Source: Limisphaerales bacterium (GTDB taxonomy: Bacteria > Verrucomicrobiota > Verrucomicrobiia > Limisphaerales > JAJOIW01). Taken from it: a DNA stretch of 26,654 nucleotides. Positions 17,477 through 24,246 of this stretch are shown here, piece by piece. The stretch's first letter is position 1, and each line of letters opens with the position of its first letter. The DNA lies in contig CBFHOE010000015.1 in NCBI GenBank assembly GCA_965657355.1, positions 37,952 to 64,605 on the forward strand, in the 5' to 3' direction. Both the position numbers and the translations under genes were made by a program. Below the pieces are notes generated by a model, which saw nothing but the letters and a program-made list of their open reading frames with translations, did not search any database and was not told the DNA's origin.

Positions 17477-18703
17477 TTAAGCTCCAAATTTATCAAACAT
17501 TTTCGCGTTAGCTTGCATATGCCTGATAAGGTGTTTTGCTTCTATGATTCCAAGCGAACCAGAATTCGCATCAGTTTCGGTAAATCTTTGAAGTTTATCA
17601 CTTCCAGAAATAAGAGAGTTAAGAAGTGCCGGCTGAGGGTGCCAAGAATGCCCGCCAACTGGACACGGAGTCGAATGGTCTCCAGTAATGGCAAGAACCT
17701 GTGGATTTTTGGCCAGCAGTTCTGGCAAAGCTTTATCAAGGCGTTCGATAGCTTCAACTTTGGCAGAAAAGTTGCCATCCTCGCCGTGCATGTCAGTATC
17801 TTTGAAATGAATAAAGAAAAAGTCGTAGTCTTCCCAGTTGTCGACGCATAATTTAATTTCATCTTCGATAGACGCCGCTCCTTCGAGTTTGGTCATTCCC
17901 ACTAGCTGAGCAAGTCCTTTGTACATGGGATAGACAGCAATACAGGCAGGCTTCAACATATACCTTTCTTGGAATAAAGGAATATCTGGTTGGTGGGCAA
18001 TGCCTCGCATCAAGAATCCATTCGCAGGTTGCTTTCCTTCGAGAAGAGGGAGAGCTTTTTTGTAGAATTCTTGAATATTAGCAGCTGTTTTTTGCTGCTT
18101 GGAGCAAAGAGGGTCAGTGGGCGCCGGGTCGGGAATGGAGAATCCTTCACGATTAGGATCTGCATCAGATATCGGCCCTAACATTCCAGAACCTCGGAAA
18201 ACAACGACAAATCGATGTCCTTTTCCTGGGCGTATAAAAACCTCGGTTCCGTCGTCCAGTTTGGTGATATTTTCGCTTAGAATCGCCGTTAATTCCTCAC
18301 AGACAGAAGTCTCAATACGACCTGCCCTGCGATCAGTAACGAGGCCAGAGGCATCCAGGGAACAGAAATTGGCTCTAGCAGCAATATCTCCTGGCTTTAA
18401 CTCAAAACCTAGACCGAGGGCCTCTATGACGCCCCTGCCTACTTGATATTCGAGTGGATCATACCCGAAAAGCCCCAAGTGTCCCGGACCACTGCCAGGC
18501 GTTATGCCATGCGCCACGGGAATCAATCGCCCTTGTGCGCTTGATTTTGCCAAACGGTCGAGGTTTGGCGTTTGCGCAGCCTCAAGTGGAGTTTTAAAAT
18601 CATTTTCAGCTACAGCGATATCCCCCAAACCATCGAGGACGAGAAGCACTAACTTTCCTTTTGGGGCCAATGTGAGGCCGGAATATACCGAATCAATATT
18701 CAT
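17477..18703 (-). CDS. apgM: 2,3-bisphosphoglycerate-independent phosphoglycerate mutase, ApgM (archaeal) type
   Basis: LDGLGD, TPLEAA.TPNLD, PGSGPGHLGLFGYDP, GRGVIEALG, DRRAGRI, D..GEDG, TGDHSTP and HSWHP. Start moved to ATG 18703 because the track's extra 60 codons cross a terminator and overlap the upstream gene. Confidence 0.88.
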   Translation of the reverse strand: MNIDSVYSGLTLAPKGKLVLLVLDGLGDIAVAENDFKTPLEAAQTPNLDRLAKSSAQGRLIPVAHGITPGSGPGHLGLFGYDPLEYQVGRGVIEALGLGFELKPGDIAARANFCSLDASGLVTDRRAGRIETSVCEELTAILSENITKLDDGTEVFIRPGKGHRFVVVFRGSGMLGPISDADPNREGFSIPDPAPTDPLCSKQQKTAANIQEFYKKALPLLEGKQPANGFLMRGIAHQPDIPLFQERYMLKPACIAVYPMYKGLAQLVGMTKLEGAASIEDEIKLCVDNWEDYDFFFIHFKDTDMHGEDGNFSAKVEAIERLDKALPELLAKNPQVLAITGDHSTPCPVGGHSWHPQPALLNSLISGSDKLQRFTETDANSGSLGIIEAKHLIRHMQANAKMFDKFGA

Positions 18704-18751
18704 GCTGGAAGTTTTGTGGACGAAATGAACAAATTCGTCAAACTTTTGAAG

Positions 18752-18791
18752 AAAAAAGAACCGCCACAGATTGAAAATTCTCTGTGACGGT
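18752..18791 (-). terminator. Intrinsic terminator after the SMP-30-like gene
   Basis: The minus strand reads ACCGTCACAGA-(10 nt)-TCTGTGGCGGT-TCTTTTTT. Confidence 0.75.
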
Positions 18792-18828
18792 CGCATGGCA
18801 GTTTGTAGATTATTGTCGGATCCAGGGC

Positions 18829-19875
18829 TTATTCGAGATCTTCCGCGGTGATACGGAATAATTTTGATTTCCCGCCGACCCACAAATACTCCTTGGCGCC
18901 GTCGAGAGCGACAGATCCGATTTTTTCAGGCATCGAAATGGAACCGAGCATTTTCCCGTCCATGTGGAAAAATGAAAGGATTTCGTCGTGGGCAACAACG
19001 AGGCAATCGCCACCAATATTCCTAACAACGGAGGGGATTTTTGACTTCCAATAGTTTTCCCCGTTATCAAGCATTGGCCATTCAACGGGATTGGTTAATT
19101 TTCCAGCTTTGCCGACATCGAATCTAAAAACAGCAGAGTTTTTCGGATCAGCATTGGCAATAAAAAGGTGTGATTCTTTTTCTGAAAAAGCCATGCCGGC
19201 TGGATTTGTAAGTCCATCATACAAAAGGCTCACTCTTCCATTTTTTGCTCTTCGATAAACGCCACAATTCTCAAAATTTTCTTTGAAAAGACGGCTATCA
19301 GAAAAGTAATAGCTTCCATCGGAGGCCAGAATGATATCCGTAGGCCCGCTCAATCTGTGTTTTTCACTCGAAACAGCTAATTCCTTCCATCGAAATTTAC
19401 TTTCTCGACGCCTAACACCAATCGCACCCTGGTCGCAGACAATAAGCTTACCTGAGTTGTCTATCTCGAGACCAGTCGGGTTTTCCACGTTTATCAACCG
19501 CTTGCCTGAAGACTCGGTTATTTCCCTGTTTATATAGGCCGTTAATCCATCGGCTTGGTCGAAATAATAAACAATTCCGCCGCCAGTATCAGAGAGATAT
19601 ACCCCTCCACTATCGGGCTCAATGACCAGTCCGCTCACCCCACTCAGATTGGAGGCCATGACCTCCAGCTTCAGTGACCGGCCATCCATAAATGGATGCT
19701 CAGAGCCTTCAGTATACCTCTTGTATTTCAACTCAGAAGGACCTTCTGCCGGATCCGGGCCCGTTGCATAATTCACCCCTTTCAATGGCACAAAATGCAT
19801 TTGAAAGAGAATCACAAACACATTCACATACATCACCAATCTATAATTTGATCGATTTTTCATCATATTTTTCAT
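18829..19875 (-). CDS. SMP-30/gluconolactonase/LRE-family beta-propeller with degenerate metal ligands
   Basis: Blade pattern GL.ID..G.LIVCDQG, GPTD.....DGS.YFSD, GVYR....G.V.LL...L.NPAGMAFS..E..LF.A and DG..LG.I.MPE. The exact start is uncertain (several Met codons). Confidence 0.82.
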   Translation of the reverse strand: MKNMMKNRSNYRLVMYVNVFVILFQMHFVPLKGVNYATGPDPAEGPSELKYKRYTEGSEHPFMDGRSLKLEVMASNLSGVSGLVIEPDSGGVYLSDTGGGIVYYFDQADGLTAYINREITESSGKRLINVENPTGLEIDNSGKLIVCDQGAIGVRRRESKFRWKELAVSSEKHRLSGPTDIILASDGSYYFSDSRLFKENFENCGVYRRAKNGRVSLLYDGLTNPAGMAFSEKESHLFIANADPKNSAVFRFDVGKAGKLTNPVEWPMLDNGENYWKSKIPSVVRNIGGDCLVVAHDEILSFFHMDGKMLGSISMPEKIGSVALDGAKEYLWVGGKSKLFRITAEDLE

Positions 19876-20133
19876 CTTTGTTTATTTGTTTTATTTGGAC
19901 CATAGCAAGGCACACACCCACCCATCCGCACACATTTTAGTTCACATTCCATTTTACGGATAATTCAGGACTCCTGCGAAAAGGAATACAAAGCTAGGAA
20001 ATCTAAATGCACACAAATAAATTTTTGGCTTTTAGGAGTTCCTTTCGAGACTGAGTTTGATTCCCATATTCCCACACATTTCACATATCACACACGAGAA
20101 TTCTGACCACAGAATCCAGGGGACGAGCCATTG

Positions 20134-20146
20134 CAAGTCGTTGATA
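20134..20146 (-). promoter_or_regulatory. IHF-type binding site consensus match
   Basis: TATCAACGACTTG on the minus strand is an exact match to WATCAANNNNTTR, inside a long divergent intergenic region. Confidence 0.45.
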
Positions 20147-20539
20147 ATTAATCATATCGGGGAGTATAAAATCAAGATAATTGGCAGTTGAATTTTGCCG
20201 TTGCTCTCACGGCTAGGATACCACAAAAAATATTTTGGCCTGGGCTGGCATGTTTTTATGATTGGCGGGGGTCATAGACTGTTGATCTGTGAACTCCACG
20301 CACCATCAATGCCGTGTTCCCTTGGCCTCGCCTCTCCTGGAATACTCAGAAACGCTTTATGCATTGCAAAATCATGAATGTCGGCGGAGATCACAAAATT
20401 GTGGAATATTTTAGGATTTTTTTGCGCTCACAGTAAGCCATGATTGACTATGTCAGAACCTCAGCATTGCCATGTGCAACAAGCACGGCCTAATATGAAA
20501 AGTCTAAAATATTAAACCGAGACAACGCTGTATTTGAAG

Positions 20540-22540
20540 ATGAGACCTGCTCTAATGATCATTCTGATGGCCTATTGTTTTGTGGGTCTATCCCAAAATA
20601 AGAAGAATCGCAGAATCCCAAAGGGGATTGAACCCAACAAATCGGCTAGGTTCAATATCGAGAAAGAAATACAGTATATCAGCTTAGAAGTTGACAAATG
20701 GGGCAATGACCAGGGAGAAAAAACCAATAATAATTGGTGGAATGATGTCATCGTCATTGCCGAGGGAGTGGAAAGAGTCCTGGTAAATCAAGAATTCAAG
20801 GATACCAAACAAATCGACGCCGCCTTCCAACTTTTGGATATTGCAAAAGAAAGATTATCTCAATTAAAGGACGGCAAAAATCCCTGGCAGTGGCCGTCGT
20901 CAGGGTTTTCAATCAGGGGCTACAAGTCTCGGATTGATGAATCCCACCAACCTTATGGTCTGGAAATTCCAACATCTGTGAGATCGAAACTTATTGATGA
21001 ACAATTTCCCAGCGGGGAAAAACTGCCATTAGAAGTGTGGCTGCACGGCAGAGACGACAGCCTTCATGAGGTCAAATTCATGAACCGAAGGCTTTCAAGT
21101 TCTTCTCCTTTTCCATCACATGAAGCCATCGTCCTTCACCCCTACGGCAGATATTGTAACGCTTATAAATTTGCGGGTGAAGTAGACGTTTTGGAGGCGA
21201 TACGAGAGGTCATGGAAGATTACCCTATAGACCCCGACAAAATAATACTTCGAGGTTTTTCAATGGGTGGCGGCGGGGTGTGGCATCTAGCCACCCATTA
21301 TGCTGATATGTTTGCCTTCGCAAGCCCAGGGGCTGGATTTTCAGAAACATACGATTACCTGGGGCTGAAAAATAAGCCCAAACGCCCAGATTATGAGAGA
21401 ACTCTTTGGAATTGGTATGATGCCACAACTTATGCAAGCAACCTGGCCAACCTGCCAATAACAGCCTATTCAGGCGAGATCGACAAACAAATCCAAGCCG
21501 CACGCATCATGGAGTCAGCTTTGGAGATGGAAGGCATGGTATTAGACCACGTGATTGGTAAAGGGATGGGGCATAAATATAACAAGGAATCTATAAATTC
21601 CATAAGCTCAAGAGCCCAAGCAATTCTTAGTTTAAATCGAAGGCCATCGCCGACTCGGATAGAATTTTCAACAAGCACGCTGCGGTATTCCAAGATGCAT
21701 TGGTTTCGGGCGACTGGTCTAAAAAAGCACTGGGAAAAAGCAAAAGGTTCCGGTCACCTCATCGCCGAGAAATCACGCATTGATTTAAAATTGAAAAATA
21801 TAACTTCTTTTAATTTGGAATTTAAAACCGGTGAGTGGTTAGGCCCGATGAACAAACCTGTCCGTGTCGTAATCAATGGGCGAGAGCAAACAACATATCC
21901 CCCTAAGACCGATAGGTCCTGGTCCGCAAGATTTGAGCTCATTGGCAGCTCCGGGGACTGGATGCTCAAAAAACCGGGGACTCATACAGTGAAAAAACGG
22001 TTCAAAAAACCCGGAATGCAAGGCCCTATTGATGACGCATTCCTTTCCCGCTTTATTGCAGTTCCGCCCGATGGGAATGGTTTCAAACCGGCGCACGACA
22101 CATTCGCACTCAGAGAATTTAAGACACTAAAAGAAGAATGGCGTCATCAATTTAGAGGAAACATCATTGAGAAGCAGCCTCATGAAATAACCGATGAAGA
22201 CATTACCTCATCAAACCTCATTCTTTTCGGAGACCCAAAAAACAATAAAGTCATCGAAAAAATCCTCTCAGGCCTACCCATTAATTGGGGTCGTGAATCT
22301 ATTGTTTTTCGAGAGAATAATTTCCCGACGGAAACCTCCACCGTGCAGATGATTTTTCCAAACCCTTTGAATCCTGAGAAATATGTCGTCCTGAATAGTG
22401 CGTTCACGTTCCACTCCACCATTTCATCAAGCAACGCCGACCAAACACCAAAGCTACCCGATTATGCCGTCATCAATTTTGATGACTCCACATCTACCAA
22501 AGTTATCAGCGCGGGATTTTTTGATGAAAACTGGGAGTAA
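20540..22540 (+). CDS. Large secreted alpha/beta-fold serine hydrolase (prolyl-oligopeptidase-like, PVC family)
   Basis: Signal peptide, YKSRIDESHQPYGL.IP, VWLHGR, GFSMGGGG nucleophile, SGEID (Asp), GMGHKY (His) and C-terminal LPDYAVI...AGFFDENWE. ATG 20540 is preferred over TTG 20534. Confidence 0.85.
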   Translation: MRPALMIILMAYCFVGLSQNKKNRRIPKGIEPNKSARFNIEKEIQYISLEVDKWGNDQGEKTNNNWWNDVIVIAEGVERVLVNQEFKDTKQIDAAFQLLDIAKERLSQLKDGKNPWQWPSSGFSIRGYKSRIDESHQPYGLEIPTSVRSKLIDEQFPSGEKLPLEVWLHGRDDSLHEVKFMNRRLSSSSPFPSHEAIVLHPYGRYCNAYKFAGEVDVLEAIREVMEDYPIDPDKIILRGFSMGGGGVWHLATHYADMFAFASPGAGFSETYDYLGLKNKPKRPDYERTLWNWYDATTYASNLANLPITAYSGEIDKQIQAARIMESALEMEGMVLDHVIGKGMGHKYNKESINSISSRAQAILSLNRRPSPTRIEFSTSTLRYSKMHWFRATGLKKHWEKAKGSGHLIAEKSRIDLKLKNITSFNLEFKTGEWLGPMNKPVRVVINGREQTTYPPKTDRSWSARFELIGSSGDWMLKKPGTHTVKKRFKKPGMQGPIDDAFLSRFIAVPPDGNGFKPAHDTFALREFKTLKEEWRHQFRGNIIEKQPHEITDEDITSSNLILFGDPKNNKVIEKILSGLPINWGRESIVFRENNFPTETSTVQMIFPNPLNPEKYVVLNSAFTFHSTISSSNADQTPKLPDYAVINFDDSTSTKVISAGFFDENWE

Positions 22541-22580
22541 TTAAGTCGTTGGCTGGGATCAAATGATAGATCTATTCAGT

Positions 22581-22617
22581 CTAGAATAATCAGAACCAAG
22601 GTTTTCGATTATTCTAG
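22581..22617. repeat. Long inverted repeat between convergent genes (possible terminator)
   Basis: CTAGAATAATC-AGAACCAAGGTTTTC-GATTATTCTAG has perfect 11-bp arms plus further inner pairing. There is no U tract. Confidence 0.7.
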
Positions 22618-22650
22618 TTACTCTTAATACCTTGGGGAATAGAACCCTAA

Positions 22651-23277
22651 TTAATCGATGTTTAGAAAGTTATCGAGGAGTTTTAACCCGAGCCGCTGGC
22701 TTTTTTCCGGATGGAACTGAGTGGCCATTATGTTGTCTTTCCATACTGAGGAGGCGAATTTGTGGCCATAATCAGTAGTGGTCGCAACAACGGTGCGGTC
22801 GTCTGGAACGGGATGGTAGCTATGGACAAAATAAAAATAGGAATTGTCAGGAATCTCTGAATATAGCGGACAGTCTTTTTGCATTACTGAGACCTGGTTC
22901 CAACCAATCTGGGGAATCTTGAGTCCGTATTTTTCCGGGAATTTTTTAACCGATCCATCGAAGAGCGAGAGACCAGGTTCTTTAGAATTAAATTCTTCGC
23001 TTATTTCAAAAAGGATTTGATAGCCGACACAGATTCCGAGGAAGGGTTTTCCTGTTTTGGTAAAATCTTTGACACCTTGAAAAAGGTCTTGATTCCGAAG
23101 AGATAGACTACAATCGGCGAAAGCCCCAACCCCCGGCAAAACCAAGGAATGAAAATCATTGAGCTTTTCAGGTGTTGTAATGATTGTGACATCAGCACCT
23201 AAAAATGATAGAGCCTTGTAAACACTTCGCATGTTGCCAGCGCCATAGTCAATCAATCCGACCTTTTTATTACTCAT
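22651..23277 (-). CDS. hisH: Imidazole glycerol phosphate synthase glutamine amidotransferase subunit
   Basis: IDYGAGNMRSV.KAL, LPGVGAF, LGICVG (catalytic Cys), PQIGWN, YFVHSY and QFHPEKS. Confidence 0.95.
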   Translation of the reverse strand: MSNKKVGLIDYGAGNMRSVYKALSFLGADVTIITTPEKLNDFHSLVLPGVGAFADCSLSLRNQDLFQGVKDFTKTGKPFLGICVGYQILFEISEEFNSKEPGLSLFDGSVKKFPEKYGLKIPQIGWNQVSVMQKDCPLYSEIPDNSYFYFVHSYHPVPDDRTVVATTTDYGHKFASSVWKDNIMATQFHPEKSQRLGLKLLDNFLNID

Positions 23278-23348
23278 TAGCAGAGCGATATATTAAAGAA
23301 GGGCAGTTTCAGATTCCAGCATGAAAAATGGTGAAACTCGCGAGCAAA

Positions 23349-24122
23349 TTAATTTCCACTGTGCATACAGACGCCCCGAGAGGAATCTTTCACAAAATGA
23401 ATAAATTGCCGCGCTTCGGGGGTTTTGAACACTTTCTCGGCTTCCTCGATTCTCTCACTCATTGGGCGCGAAGGCATGAGAAGGCATCGGTAAACTTTTT
23501 TAATTTCCGAACGTATTTTACTATTGAATCCATGACGCCTCATTCCAACAATATTGATGCCGGATACGGAGTTATTTCTGGCAGCCAGGCAAAAGGGTGG
23601 GAGATCTTTAGATAAGCCTGTACCGCCCTGAGCCATACTGTATGAACCTATTTTAACAAATTGGTGGACGAGGACATTGCCAGAAAGTATGCACTTGTCT
23701 CCCATAGTCACATGCCCGGCGACGAGGGCGCCATTGACCAGGATATTCCTGTGACCGATACGGCTATTGTGGCCAACGTGACTATTCGCCATGAGGTAGT
23801 TTTCGTTTCCGATTACCGTGTCCTCATCCAAGGTGTTTGACCTGTGGATAGTTGTATACTCCCTAAAGGTGTTCTTGTTCCCAATGACGAGCTTCGTGGG
23901 CAGCCCCTGGAATTTGAAGTCTTGGGGATCGCCACCTAAAATACATCCGGCGTGGATTTTGTTATGCTCGCCGATTGTAGTGGGCCCTATGAGCTGCACG
24001 TGACCACCAATTTCACAATGGGGACCAATGACGACATCGGGACCAATGATAGAAAATGGGCCCACTTTGCACGATGGGTCAACCTGAGCGCGCGGGTCAA
24101 TGACAGCGGAGGCGTGGATCAT
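23349..24122 (-). CDS. lpxA: Acyl-ACP--UDP-N-acetylglucosamine O-acyltransferase
   Basis: Hexapeptide repeats, G.DPQD.KF.G, REYTTIHR, LMANSHVGH, AGHV, VHQF..IG, KD.PPF and G.N.VGMRR.GF. Confidence 0.9.
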   Translation of the reverse strand: MIHASAVIDPRAQVDPSCKVGPFSIIGPDVVIGPHCEIGGHVQLIGPTTIGEHNKIHAGCILGGDPQDFKFQGLPTKLVIGNKNTFREYTTIHRSNTLDEDTVIGNENYLMANSHVGHNSRIGHRNILVNGALVAGHVTMGDKCILSGNVLVHQFVKIGSYSMAQGGTGLSKDLPPFCLAARNNSVSGINIVGMRRHGFNSKIRSEIKKVYRCLLMPSRPMSERIEEAEKVFKTPEARQFIHFVKDSSRGVCMHSGN

Positions 24123-24200
24123 TTTGCAAGAATTGGCGTTATTGAGTCTTTTTATGGGATGAATTCAGGAAAATATACAGATAATTTAGTGATTTTTTGC

Positions 24201-24236
24201 TAATATCCGATATTATTTAGAAAATTCGAATTCGAA
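24201..24236. promoter_or_regulatory. Two perfect palindromes (candidate operators) between lpxA and the cytochrome gene
   Basis: TAATATC-C-GATATTA at 24201-24215 and TTCGAATTCGAA at 24225-24236. Confidence 0.4.
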
Positions 24237-24246
24237 ACTCATACCA

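Noticed and set aside
18704..18883. N-terminal extension of apgM
   Set aside because: It overlaps the upstream gene and a terminator. Family similarity begins at MNIDSVY.
19966..20010. c-di-GMP-I-like GAAA hairpin followed by CAAAGC-N7-TCTAA
   Set aside because: The GGCAAAC signature and the closing P1/P3 pairing are missing, and it lies ~500 nt from the next + strand gene.
19905..20110. CRISPR array or tandem repeat explanation for the CACA cluster
   Set aside because: The repeats are short and irregularly spaced, with no constant repeat-spacer period and no cas genes.
20195..20377. 60-aa intergenic ORF
   Set aside because: TTG start, no evident RBS and no recognisable motif, so it is unsupported.
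22581..22617. dif or attC recombination site
   Set aside because: The spacer is 15 bp rather than the 6 bp of dif, XerD-arm and RYYYAAC/GTTRRRY consensus sequences are absent, and there is no integrase nearby.
22651..23277. hisH as an LPS-amidation paralogue because it sits next to lpxA
   Set aside because: No hisF-like or N-acetyl-sugar amidotransferase partner is present, and the sequence looks like canonical HisH, so a dispersed his gene is the simpler reading.
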